The translations under genes were made by a program, and so were the position numbers. Shown piece after piece: positions 17,501 through 25,847 of a DNA stretch of 32,000 bases; position 1 is the first letter of the stretch; each line of letters starts with the position of its first letter. The stretch is taken from assembly GCF_001458695.1 (NCBI RefSeq), contig NZ_LN885086.1, positions 1,200,001 through 1,232,000 on the forward strand. The letters are read 5' to 3'. Source of the DNA: Candidatus Nitrospira inopinata (lineage in GTDB: Bacteria > Nitrospirota > Nitrospiria > Nitrospirales > Nitrospiraceae). The notes below the pieces were generated by a model. The model made no database searches and was not told the origin of the DNA. It saw only the letters and a program-made list of their open reading frames with translations.

Positions 17501-19216
17501 ATGCCCACGATCTCCATCTTCAAGAGCGATTTGGAATCGTTGCTCGGAGCTCCCGGTGAGCCGCGCACGGTCTCGATCGATGAGCTGCAGGAGCGGCTCA
17601 CCCTCGTGAAAGGCGAGGTGAAGGGGTATCAGGCGGACACCGGAGAGTTACGCGTTGAGTTGCAGGACAGCAATCGTCCGGATCTCTGGTGTTGCGAGGG
17701 GATCGCGCGACAAATCCGCGTCAAGCTCGGCGGGACGGCGAAGCCCTATCCTTTTTTATCCAAGCAGCCCGGGCGATTGCCGCAACTGCTCGTCGCCCCG
17801 GGGCTCGATCGTGTGCGCCCCTATGTCGCCGCGTGCGCCGCCACGGGTTATCGGGTCACGGAGCAGGGGTTGGCCCAGCTCATTCAGACGCAGGAGAAGC
17901 TGGCGGACATCTTCGGGCACAAGCGGAAGACGGTCTCGATCGGCATCTATCGGCTTCAGAAGATCCGCTTCCCCGTCACCTACGAGTTGGCGAGTCCGGA
18001 CGACGTGCGGTTCACCCCCTTGGGGATGGACACGGCGATGACCCTCTCGGAAATACTCATGGTCCATCCCAAGGGACTGGAGTACGGGTCCATCTTGGCG
18101 GGACAAAGCCGCCTGCCTCTGCTGCGGGACGCGGATCATCGGCCTCTGTCGTTTCCTCCGATCATCAACAGCCGGGAGATCGGAGAGGTGCTGGTCGGGG
18201 ATGACGAGTTGTTCGTCGAGGTGACGGGGACCGATGCCGCGATGGTCGTGTTGACGTTGAACATCTTTGCCGTCAACTTGGCGGATCGAGGGGCTGCGAT
18301 CCAGCCGATCGCGGTGCGCTACCCATATGAAACTCCGTTCGGCAAACGTGTGGTCACGCCGCGCGACATCGGACGCCCGCGAGGAATTCAAATCGAGACG
18401 ATTGAACGGGCCTTGGGTCAAGAACTCGGGGCGACGGTCGTCAAAGAGGCGCTCGAAGCCTACGGGTATCACGTCTCGACAGGAAAAAAATCGGTCACGG
18501 TCAAGTTGCCGCCCTATCGGCAGGATCTGATGCACGCCATGGACGTGGTCGAGGACGTGGCGATGAGCCTCGGCTACGGGGCGTTTTCACCGGAAATGCC
18601 GTCGCAATTTACCGTCGGGGGGCTGTCTCGAATTGAACAACTCTCGGATCGGGCGCGGGAGTTGATGGTCGGGCTCGGGTTTCAGGAGATTATTTCCAAT
18701 ATCCTCGGCTCTCCCGACCACTACCGTGACGCGATGCGGTTGGAGGGAACGGAGTGGGGGAAGATGGTGGAAGTCCGCAACGTGATGTCTTCAAGTTTCA
18801 GTTGCCTCCGCCAGTGGATGATTCCCTCGCTGCTGCGGGTCGAAGCGGCGTCGGCCCGATCGTTCTATCCCCACCGTCTGTTTGAAGCCGGCGAGGTGGC
18901 GATTTTTGATTCGGCGCACGACGTCGGTTCCCGCACGGAGACGGTGCTGGGGGCGATGATTGCCCACGCCGCGGCCCATTTTTCCGAGATCCACTCCTGC
19001 TTGGACGCTTGCCTCTATTACTTGGGCAAGACGTACGGTCTGGAGCCGATCCCGCATCCGTCGTTTCTCGACGGTCGCGTCGGAACGATCGTCGTCTCCG
19101 GAACGGCGATCGGTTTGATCGGCGAAATTCATCCGGAAGTTCTCGAACGTTGGCAAATCGCCATGCCGGTCGTCGCGTTCGAGGTGAATCTTTCCCGGCT
19201 TGAGCATCTGGTCTAA
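17501..19216 (+). CDS. pheT: phenylalanine--tRNA ligase beta subunit, archaeal/eukaryal-type (short form)
   Basis: 571 aa, against about 790-800 aa for bacterial PheT. The N-terminus MPTISIFKSDLESLLG...RVELQDSNRPDLWCCEGIARQIR matches the archaeal PheT pattern. It follows pheS after 8 nt. Confidence 0.88.
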   Translation: MPTISIFKSDLESLLGAPGEPRTVSIDELQERLTLVKGEVKGYQADTGELRVELQDSNRPDLWCCEGIARQIRVKLGGTAKPYPFLSKQPGRLPQLLVAPGLDRVRPYVAACAATGYRVTEQGLAQLIQTQEKLADIFGHKRKTVSIGIYRLQKIRFPVTYELASPDDVRFTPLGMDTAMTLSEILMVHPKGLEYGSILAGQSRLPLLRDADHRPLSFPPIINSREIGEVLVGDDELFVEVTGTDAAMVVLTLNIFAVNLADRGAAIQPIAVRYPYETPFGKRVVTPRDIGRPRGIQIETIERALGQELGATVVKEALEAYGYHVSTGKKSVTVKLPPYRQDLMHAMDVVEDVAMSLGYGAFSPEMPSQFTVGGLSRIEQLSDRARELMVGLGFQEIISNILGSPDHYRDAMRLEGTEWGKMVEVRNVMSSSFSCLRQWMIPSLLRVEAASARSFYPHRLFEAGEVAIFDSAHDVGSRTETVLGAMIAHAAAHFSEIHSCLDACLYYLGKTYGLEPIPHPSFLDGRVGTIVVSGTAIGLIGEIHPEVLERWQIAMPVVAFEVNLSRLEHLV

Positions 19217-19271
19217 GTCGCGCCGCCCGGAGGCCGTTCAAAAAGGCGGGTGCGGCATTCGGCAGGTGCGC

Positions 19272-20705
19272 CTACGGCCGATCTTCTTTTGCAAGGTCGG
19301 GAGCCGTCACGTGGCGCGCGTGAGTGTCGAGGGGATTTATCGGTGGGATCTCATCACCGGATGCCGCGCCCAGTTCTCTGAATCGCCTGGCAGCCGGGAG
19401 AATCCGGCTTTCCAAGGAGCCGACGGCGCTGTTGTAGGCATGGGTGGCTTTATCCAGGCCATTGCCGATGTCCGTAATATAGCCGGCGAGCGTTCTCATT
19501 CGTTCATACAGTTGCTTGCCCAAGTCGCTGACGGCCTGCGCGTTCTCGGCCAGGCGCTCTTGTTTCCATCCGTAAGCCACCGCGTGAAGCAGCGCGATCA
19601 ACGTGGTGGGGGTCGCCAGCACGACTCGTTTTTTCATCCCGTCTTCGATGAGGCGATGATCGGCGTCCGCCGCGGCCGCAAAAAATGACTCGCCGGGAAT
19701 GAACATGATCACGAACTCCGGCGTCCGTTCAAACTGATCCCAATAGGTTTTCGCCGATAAGGCCAGCATATGGGCTCGCATCTGATCCGCGTGACGCGCC
19801 AGCGAGTCCGTTCGACGTTGTTCGGAGTCGGAGGAAACGGCGTCGAGGTAGGCGTCAAGAGGCACCTTGGCATCGACCACGATCGCTCGTCCGACCGGAA
19901 GATGAACGACAAGGTCGGGGCGGACACGGCCCTGATCGGTCGTGACGCTCAACTGCTCCGTGAAATCGCAGTGCTCGGACATGCCGGCCAGTTCAACCAC
20001 GCGCCGCAACGTCAGTTCGCCCCATCTGCCGCGAACGTGCGGTGTTCTAAGCGCCGTCACCAGGTTGGCGGTTTCCCGCTGAAGCCGTTCCTGGGCTCCC
20101 GCCAACAACGTGAGATGCGATTCGAGGCTGGTATAGGCCTGCTGGCGCGTCGTTTCGAGCCGACGCACATGGTCGTCGAACGATTTGAGAGAGTCGGCCA
20201 AAGGTAAGACCAACCCGCGAATCGCTTCCTCTTTCTTGCCCAACTCTCCTTTGGCTTCCGTCAAGACCTTGTCGAAGGTCTCTCTGGCGAGAGCCAGGAA
20301 CGTCGTCTGACTTCCTTCCAGAGCCGTGGTCGCCAAGGCTCTGAAGGTGTCCGTCAGTTTCTCTTGTGCTTCCCGCAAAAGGCGTTTCTCGTCCTCCAAC
20401 CGTTGCGACAGTTCTTGTCTCTCGGTTTCCGCCTTCACTCTGGCCGCATGTTCCTCGGAAAGCGTCGTTCTCAGCTCGTGCAACTCGGCGTCGGTGGTTG
20501 TTCTGGCTTCTTCAATCTGCCTGCGCAGCTCCGCCGTCGTGGCTTCAGCCGCTGCCGCGTTCGCTTCGGCGAGAGCGGCCCTCCGCTCGACATCCTCGAT
20601 CCTGCGCGCACGTTCGGATTGAGCGCGCGTGGTCGCCATCAACCAGGCAAGGGAGAAACCGATCATGAGCCCGGCGAACGCCCATGCGGCTGATTCCATC
20701 ATCAC
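19272..20705 (-). CDS. rmuC: DNA recombination protein RmuC
   Basis: 477 aa. N-terminal TM helix, a long Ala/Glu/Arg coiled coil, then a C-terminal RmuC nuclease-like region (CDFTEQ..., VVDAKVPLDAY, FIPGESFF). Confidence 0.85.
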   Translation of the reverse strand: MMMESAAWAFAGLMIGFSLAWLMATTRAQSERARRIEDVERRAALAEANAAAAEATTAELRRQIEEARTTTDAELHELRTTLSEEHAARVKAETERQELSQRLEDEKRLLREAQEKLTDTFRALATTALEGSQTTFLALARETFDKVLTEAKGELGKKEEAIRGLVLPLADSLKSFDDHVRRLETTRQQAYTSLESHLTLLAGAQERLQRETANLVTALRTPHVRGRWGELTLRRVVELAGMSEHCDFTEQLSVTTDQGRVRPDLVVHLPVGRAIVVDAKVPLDAYLDAVSSDSEQRRTDSLARHADQMRAHMLALSAKTYWDQFERTPEFVIMFIPGESFFAAAADADHRLIEDGMKKRVVLATPTTLIALLHAVAYGWKQERLAENAQAVSDLGKQLYERMRTLAGYITDIGNGLDKATHAYNSAVGSLESRILPAARRFRELGAASGDEIPPINPLDTHARHVTAPDLAKEDRP

Positions 20706-20818
20706 GTCCTCAACGATCGAATGCGTACCGATGAACGGAACGTTCCGGGGTGGTCCGCGTGCAATCTCCCGTGGGCTTCCACTACAAGGCCGCCGCTACA
20801 TGGAGTTTGGCTGAAGAC

Positions 20819-20853
20819 GAGAAGAGGGGCGACGATCCGTCGCCCCTCTTCTC
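20819..20853 (-). terminator. strong hairpin downstream of rplT (terminator-like, no U-tract)
   Basis: Perfect 16-bp palindromic stem GAGAAGAGGGGCGACG-ATC-CGTCGCCCCTCTTCTC, 26 nt past the rplT stop. No T-run follows on either strand, so intrinsic termination is uncertain. Confidence 0.5.
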
Positions 20854-20879
20854 GGAGGAAGTCACGCCGGTCGGCGAGA

Positions 20880-21248
20880 CTAAACCGCAGCGGGGGCCAT
20901 GTGCTGTTTGGCGAGGCCGATCAATTGCTCGAATCCGGCTGCGTCTTTGATGGCCATGTCGGACAAGACTTTGCGATCCAACAGCACGTTCGCCTTTTTG
21001 AGGGCGTTGATGAACCGGCTATAGGTCATCCCATGATTGCGCACCGCGGCGCTGATGCGCGCGATCCAGAGGCGGCGAAAGTCGCCTTTTCTGTCTTTTC
21101 GGCCGACATACGCGTACGTCAGCCCTTTGTCGACGCTTTCGGTCGCCGAGCGGAAGAGCCGACTCCTTCCGCCGTATTGCCCTTTTGCCAACTTCAGCCG
21201 CTTCTTTCTCCGATGCCGAGTTTTGGGTCCGCCTTTTGCGCGAGGCAT
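20880..21248 (-). CDS. rplT: 50S ribosomal protein L20
   Basis: MPRAKGGPKTRHRRKKRLKLAKGQYGGRSRLFRSA...FRRLWIARI; 122 aa. Confidence 0.97.
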   Translation of the reverse strand: MPRAKGGPKTRHRRKKRLKLAKGQYGGRSRLFRSATESVDKGLTYAYVGRKDRKGDFRRLWIARISAAVRNHGMTYSRFINALKKANVLLDRKVLSDMAIKDAAGFEQLIGLAKQHMAPAAV

Positions 21249-21308
21249 AGTTTCATGCTCCTTTTCGTCGTTCGTTCCGCCGACACGGCGTCGGCCCTCG
21301 TCTAAAAA

Positions 21309-21500
21309 CTATTTTGAGAGAAGTTGATTCAAGACCGCGGTTGCTCTACCGACGACGACCGCCGCGCCGCTCAATCGGCGCTTCCGATCACGTTTTTTAT
21401 GAGATAACAAATGACGTTTGCCGGCCTTGCGACGGACGATCTTTCCGCTGCCGGTTTTGGCAAATCGTTTGCTGGCGCCCTTGTGCGTCTTCATTTTCAT
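21309..21500 (-). CDS. rpmI: 50S ribosomal protein L35
   Basis: [35 protein letters not shown]. Start trimmed to ATG 21500, with a GAGG SD 6 nt upstream. The ORF-track start at 21548 adds 16 non-homologous residues. Confidence 0.93.
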   Translation of the reverse strand: MKMKTHKGASKRFAKTGSGKIVRRKAGKRHLLSHKKRDRKRRLSGAAVVVGRATAVLNQLLSK

Positions 21501-21553
21501 GGTTTTCCTCGGTGGACGTTTTTTTGATGTAAACCGCTCGTCATGCAAGCCCC

Positions 21554-22063
21554 TTAACTTTTGGGAGCCACGATCATGATTAGGTTGCGTCCCTCCATGT
21601 GGGGAGCATGTTCGATGGTGCCGTATGGAGCCAACTGTTCGATCACCGAATTCATGACCGCGCGACCCATTTCCTGGTTGGCCATTTCACGCCCGCGATA
21701 GGTCAAGGTGACTTTGGTTTTATTGCCGTCTTCCAGGAACGCTCTCATCTGTCGAACCTTGATCTCCAAGTCATGTTTGTCCGTGCGAGGCCGGAGCTTG
21801 ATTTCTTTGACTTGCGTGGACTTTTGATGGCGCCGGCTCTGGTGCTCTTTCTTGTTGAGTTCGTATTTGTATTTGCCGTAGTCCATAATCCGACAGACCG
21901 GCGGTATCGACGTGGGAGCGACCTCAACGAGATCGTAACCGCTTTCTTGAGCCTGACGGAGCGCGTCGGGGGTCGGGAGAATGCCCAGTTGCTCGCCGCC
22001 GGGCCCGATCACCCGCACCTCTCGGACGCGGATCTCACGATTCACGCGCAGTTTGGGAACGAT
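21554..22063 (-). CDS. infC: translation initiation factor IF-3, probable non-canonical ATC start
   Basis: [22 protein letters not shown]...[15 protein letters not shown] is canonical IF-3. The ORF track starts at GTG 22045, which has no SD. An in-frame ATC at 22063-22061 sits 6 nt downstream of AAGGAGG (22076-22070). IF-3 genes classically use AUU or other non-AUG starts. The body of the gene is certain. The start is inferred. Confidence 0.85.
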   Translation of the reverse strand: MVPKLRVNREIRVREVRVIGPGGEQLGILPTPDALRQAQESGYDLVEVAPTSIPPVCRIMDYGKYKYELNKKEHQSRRHQKSTQVKEIKLRPRTDKHDLEIKVRQMRAFLEDGNKTKVTLTYRGREMANQEMGRAVMNSVIEQLAPYGTIEHAPHMEGRNLIMIVAPKS

Positions 22064-24003
22064 ATGCCACCTCCTTGTACGGGTTGGACGTTCGGCCGGG
22101 CTCGCGCGGTTTCAGCGCGGAGGAGGTCGATCACTCCGGAAACCGTCATATTCCCCAGGTTCGCGCCGCTTCGCCCCCTCACCGAGACGGTTTTCCCTTG
22201 GACTTCGCGGTCGCCCGCCACCAGCATGAACGGAACTTTCGCCTTCTCCGCTTCGCGAATTTTGAACCCGATTTTTTCATTGCGCAGGTCCGCTTCGGCG
22301 CGGAAGCCGGCGGCTTTCAGCTCTGCGGCGACGGCGGCAACGTAATCCCGTTGGTGATCGGTGATATTCATCACCGTCGCCTGCACCGGCGCGAGCCACG
22401 TGGGAAAGGCTCCTCCGTAATGTTCGATCAAGATTCCGAAGAACCGTTCGATCGATCCCAGTAAGGCGCGGTGGATCATGATGGGCTGATGAGCCTTGCC
22501 GTCTTCGCCGATGTAGCTCAACTTGAACCGTTCGGGGTTGTTGAAATCGACTTGGATGGTGGAGCACTGCCACGAGCGACCTAGCGCGTCTTTGATCTTA
22601 ATGTCGATCTTCGGGCCGTAGAAGGCGCCTCCTCCCTGGTCCACGCGGTAGGTGATGTGTCGATTTTTGATCGCCGCCTCCAAAGCTCCGGTCGCTTGCG
22701 TCCAATGTTCGTCGGACCCGACCGACTCTTTCGGTCTGGTCGAGAGAAAGACCTCGAACTCGGCGAATCCGAACGTCCGCAGCATGAGAAAGGTAAAGTC
22801 AAGGACCCGGCTGACTTCCGTTTCCATCTGATCGGGCCGGCAGAATATGTGGGCGTCGTCCTGCGTAAACCCGCGCACGCGCAACAGCCCGTGCAGCACG
22901 CCGGTCCGTTCATAACGATAGACCGTCCCCAGTTCGCCGTATCGGATGGGAAGATCCCGATAGCTGCGGAGATGCGACTTGTAAATCATGATGTGGTAGG
23001 GGCAGTTCATCGGTTTGAGTTGATAGTCGCTGCCCTCCACCTTCATCGCGGCGAACATATTCTCGCGGTAGAAATCGACGTGACCGCTGGTTTTCCACAA
23101 ATCGAGGCGGGCGACATGGGGAGAATACACCAACTCGTAGCCGTCCTTGATATGCTGCTCGCGCCAGAAATTTTCGATCAACAGCCGGATCATCGCGCCT
23201 TTGGGGTGCCACAGCACCAGGCCGGGGCCGATTTCATCTTGGACGGAAATCAAATCCAAGTCTTTCCCCACCTTCCGATGATCCCGTCGTTTGATCTCCT
23301 CCAAACGGGCCAAATGGGCTTCCAGCTCTTCTTTCGTCGGGAAGGAGGTGCCATAGATCCGCTGGAGCATGGGATTCCGCTCATCGCCGCGCCAATAGGC
23401 TCCCGCAGTCGACAGGAGTTTCAAGGCGCCGATGTGTCCCGTCGAAGGCACATGCGGGCCGCGGCATAAATCGACGAAATCCCCTTGGGCATAGATGGAA
23501 ACCAGCTCCCCTTCGGGAAAGTTTTCGATCAGCTCGACCTTGTACCGTTCGCCGCGCACCTGGAAAAACTCGATCGCCTCTTGTTTGGACAGCTCTTTTC
23601 TGGTGATCGTCAAATTTCGTTTGAGAATCTCGCGGGCCCGTTCCTCGATTTTCTCAAGGTCGTCCGGGGTGAACGGCCGCTCATAGGCGAAGTCATAATA
23701 AAAGCCGTCTTCCAGCGCCGGTCCGATCGTCAATTGGGCCGTCGGGAACAGCTCTTTGACGGCCTGGGCCATGATGTGCGTGCTGCTGTGCCTGTACACG
23801 TCACGGCCTTCCGGGCTATCGAACCGAAGCGGCTCTATGACGGCGTCCTCGCGCAACGGCGTCGAAAGATCGACGACCGACCCGTTGACCCGTGCCGCTA
23901 CGATATCGATGCCGACCGAAACTCCCAGGGCGGACAAAGCGGCTCCGACCGTTTGGCCGGTCCGCACGTCGCCGCTAGGGCCGTCTTTGACTGTGACTTT
24001 CAT
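22042..24003 (-). CDS. thrS: threonine--tRNA ligase
   Basis: 653 aa. N-terminal TGS domain (MKVTVKDGPSGDV...), editing domain, class II core (FRYERTGVLHGLLRVRGFTQDDAHIF) and a C-terminal anticodon-binding domain. Confidence 0.97.
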   Translation of the reverse strand: MKVTVKDGPSGDVRTGQTVGAALSALGVSVGIDIVAARVNGSVVDLSTPLREDAVIEPLRFDSPEGRDVYRHSSTHIMAQAVKELFPTAQLTIGPALEDGFYYDFAYERPFTPDDLEKIEERAREILKRNLTITRKELSKQEAIEFFQVRGERYKVELIENFPEGELVSIYAQGDFVDLCRGPHVPSTGHIGALKLLSTAGAYWRGDERNPMLQRIYGTSFPTKEELEAHLARLEEIKRRDHRKVGKDLDLISVQDEIGPGLVLWHPKGAMIRLLIENFWREQHIKDGYELVYSPHVARLDLWKTSGHVDFYRENMFAAMKVEGSDYQLKPMNCPYHIMIYKSHLRSYRDLPIRYGELGTVYRYERTGVLHGLLRVRGFTQDDAHIFCRPDQMETEVSRVLDFTFLMLRTFGFAEFEVFLSTRPKESVGSDEHWTQATGALEAAIKNRHITYRVDQGGGAFYGPKIDIKIKDALGRSWQCSTIQVDFNNPERFKLSYIGEDGKAHQPIMIHRALLGSIERFFGILIEHYGGAFPTWLAPVQATVMNITDHQRDYVAAVAAELKAAGFRAEADLRNEKIGFKIREAEKAKVPFMLVAGDREVQGKTVSVRGRSGANLGNMTVSGVIDLLRAETARARPNVQPVQGGGISFPNCA

Positions 24004-24029
24004 TGAACCAGAAGATTTAGCAGTCGCGT

Positions 24030-24072
24030 AAAAACAATAAAGGCACCCCGCCGTTGAAGGCGCTGGGATGCC
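24030..24072 (-). terminator. intrinsic terminator/attenuator-like hairpin between tRNA-Val and thrS
   Basis: Minus strand: GGCATCCC-AGC-GCC ttcaac GGC-GGGGTGCC (8 bp including one G-U, a 3-nt bulge, then 3 bp), followed by TTTATTGTTTTT. It starts 9 nt after the tRNA CCA end, and its T-tract ends 26 nt before the thrS ATG. Confidence 0.6.
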
Positions 24073-24080
24073 TCGACCAG

Positions 24081-24155
24081 TGGTAGGCGCGGACGGTCTT
24101 GAACCGTCGACCTCTACCGTGTCAAGGTAGCGCTCTCCCCCTGAGCTACGCGCCT
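24081..24155 (-). tRNA. tRNA-Val (GAC)
   Basis: The reverse complement reads AGGCGCG-TA-GCTC-AGGGGGA-GAGC-G-CTACC-TTGACAC-GGTAG-AGGTC-GACGG-TTCAAGA-CCGTC-CGCGCCT-A-CCA. This is a full cloverleaf with anticodon GAC and an encoded CCA. Confidence 0.93.
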
Positions 24156-24170
24156 ATCGTCCGGTCGGGC

Positions 24171-24200
24171 ATGCTAATATAGGCCAGCCCAAGGTGTCAA
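24171..24200 (-). promoter_or_regulatory. putative sigma70-type promoter for tRNA-Val (and possibly thrS-infC-rpmI-rplT)
   Basis: Minus strand: TTGACA (24200-24195), 18-nt spacer containing TATAT, then TAGCAT (24176-24171). The tRNA 5' end lies 16 nt downstream. Confidence 0.4.
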
Positions 24201-24410
24201 GAAAAGCGGAGGGGGAAGGGAGCCGCGAGGAACCGTCCGTCTCCTTAGCTCCAGCCGATCGAAGGAGCCGTCATTTCGTTCTTGCTCCATAAAAAACGGA
24301 TTGTCACCGTATACTCCGAGGAGAGATCCCGGTGCATTCATGGGTGGGAGCAAAGGGGAAAAGTCCGGTATCGCTCGGAGACATCGAAGACGGGGACCTA
24401 AGGGAAAGCT

Positions 24411-25010
24411 CTATCGAGTCTGTCGAGTTTTTCTTCGCGTGTGCTTCAACGGGATGTGTAAGTCGAGAATCTTTTTCCGCAAGGTATTCCTGTTCAACCC
24501 CAACAGTTCGGCGGCTTGAATCTGATTGCCTTGGGTCTCTTGCAAGGCCGAGGCGATCAAGGGGCGTTCGATCGCCGAAATCAAGACCGGATAGAGGTTT
24601 TTTGCGGAGCCGTTTCTCATGCTTCTGACGAAGTCGCCCATCTTTGTTTCGAGGTAGCCTTGCAAGGAGTCATCGCGATGCTTTCCGGAATGCGAGCCGG
24701 ATGAATGCGCGTGGTGGCGATCGAGGAGCTGGAAGGTTTTTGCGGCTTTTTTGAGCACCGCGCGGGAGCCGGCAATGACCAAGGTCCGAGAAGGATCGAC
24801 GGAAACCGGCAATGCCAGAGACCGTTCGAGCCCTCCGCGAGATTCGATGACGACCGCGTCGAAAGAGTGTTTGGACGCCTCTCTTTGAAAAGCGGCGGCA
24901 TCGCGCACGACGGTGATCGATGCGTCGCGCAGCGCATGCTTCAGATGCGCTTGTATCTCGCCGTCCGCGGTCAACGCAAGGATCGTCAGCACCGGTGGGG
25001 GCACAGCCAT
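24411..25010 (-). CDS. Fis-type HTH transcriptional regulator with degenerate receiver-like N-terminal domain
   Basis: The C-terminus [42 protein letters not shown] is a Fis/NtrC-type HTH. The N-terminal roughly 100 aa have the alternating beta/alpha pattern of a receiver domain but carry AD instead of DD and Glu56 (codon 24843-24845) where the phospho-Asp is expected. There is no AAA+ domain. Start chosen at ATG 25010. The ORF-track start at 25127 adds 39 residues with AT-rich third codon positions. Confidence 0.7.
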   Translation of the reverse strand: MAVPPPVLTILALTADGEIQAHLKHALRDASITVVRDAAAFQREASKHSFDAVVIESRGGLERSLALPVSVDPSRTLVIAGSRAVLKKAAKTFQLLDRHHAHSSGSHSGKHRDDSLQGYLETKMGDFVRSMRNGSAKNLYPVLISAIERPLIASALQETQGNQIQAAELLGLNRNTLRKKILDLHIPLKHTRRKTRQTR

Positions 25011-25253
25011 TGAGGTACCACGCGAAGAGGGGCGGATTATTGCCCGCTGGGAGCGCGATGTCAATTCGTTTTTATCAAGAACGTAAGACTCGGCGAGTTG
25101 CTTTGAACGCGCGATCGTAAATTTCATGGCTCATGCCGAGAAGCCGTCGGCAACGGTTACACGCAATCTCCATGAGCCGAAAATGACGGGGAGATACGCG
25201 CCCAAGTGGTCAAACCACCCCTAAAGGTTGCCTTATCACTCGGAAATTGAGGC

Positions 25254-25281
25254 TTGACAGGGCGAGAAGGAACATGATAAA
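25254..25281 (+). promoter_or_regulatory. putative promoter of the rrf2-sir-cysH operon
   Basis: TTGACA (25254-25259), 16-nt spacer, GATAAA (25276-25281), in the AT-richest stretch I noticed by eye in the window, about 45 nt upstream of the Rrf2 ATG. Weak -10 match. Confidence 0.3.
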
Positions 25282-25323
25282 CGAACAATTCATACGGGAA
25301 TAATAGAGAATGTAAATAAAAGA

Positions 25324-25773
25324 ATGAAAGTATCCCGGCGGGCCCTGTACGGCATCATGGCTGCCATTGATCTTGCGATCCATGGGAAAGAAGTTCCAGT
25401 GCAAGCTCGATCGATTGCGAGACGCCAGGCGATCCCGATTAAATTTTTGGAGCAAGTCCTCCTCGCCCTGAAGAAAGGAGGATTGGTCCACAGTTTACGA
25501 GGGGCGCACGGTGGATACAGACTCGTTAAAGAACCATCCGCTTTGTCGGTCGCCGATATTCTCGAAGTGCTCGACGGCCCGGTTTTCCACTCTGGCGCCT
25601 CGAACGGCTTTCCCGCCAAAGGGCATCAGTCCAAGCAGGAGCTCCTTCTTGGCCATATCTGGAAGCAGGTCGCCCAGGCCGAGCACGATGTTCTTCAGCG
25701 GATCAGGATCGACCAGTTGGCCGAACGGCAACGGGCGATCGAGGGGCGATATACCCCCATGTATCACATTTAA
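25324..25773 (+). CDS. Rrf2-family transcriptional regulator lacking the Fe-S cysteines (CymR-like)
   Basis: MKVSRRALYGIMAAIDLA...ARSIARRQAIPIKFLEQVLLALKKGGLVHSLRGAHGGYRL is the Rrf2 winged HTH. The whole 149-aa protein contains no Cys, so it cannot bind a cluster the way IscR or NsrR do. It lies directly upstream of the sulfate-assimilation genes. Confidence 0.85.
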   Translation: MKVSRRALYGIMAAIDLAIHGKEVPVQARSIARRQAIPIKFLEQVLLALKKGGLVHSLRGAHGGYRLVKEPSALSVADILEVLDGPVFHSGASNGFPAKGHQSKQELLLGHIWKQVAQAEHDVLQRIRIDQLAERQRAIEGRYTPMYHI

Positions 25774-25847
25774 CCGCGAGAGTGCGTATCAGGTTTCCGG
25801 AGAGGATGGATGCGTCGGTCTCATTGTCGCCAAGAGGAGATGCCCCA

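Noticed and set aside
24156-24410. The 255-bp gap between the Fis-type regulator and tRNA-Val, scanned for a small RNA (6S, SRP, RNase P and tmRNA hallmarks) or a small ORF (24301..24519 +, 24332..24628 +)
   Set aside because: I recognised no conserved ncRNA hallmark. The plus-strand ORFs run antisense into the regulator gene and translate to low-complexity sequence. Only a weak 4-bp hairpin plus T-run (ACGG-N7-CCGT-TTTTT on the minus strand, about 24290-24312) is present, which might terminate the regulator gene.
25127-25177. 8-bp inverted repeat GGCTCATG ... CATGAGCC in the regulator/rrf2 divergent spacer, considered as an Rrf2 or Fis-type operator
   Set aside because: The arms are separated by about 35 nt. 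That is unlike the compact dyads bound by Rrf2 proteins. It also overlaps the alternative long start of the regulator ORF. The evidence is insufficient.
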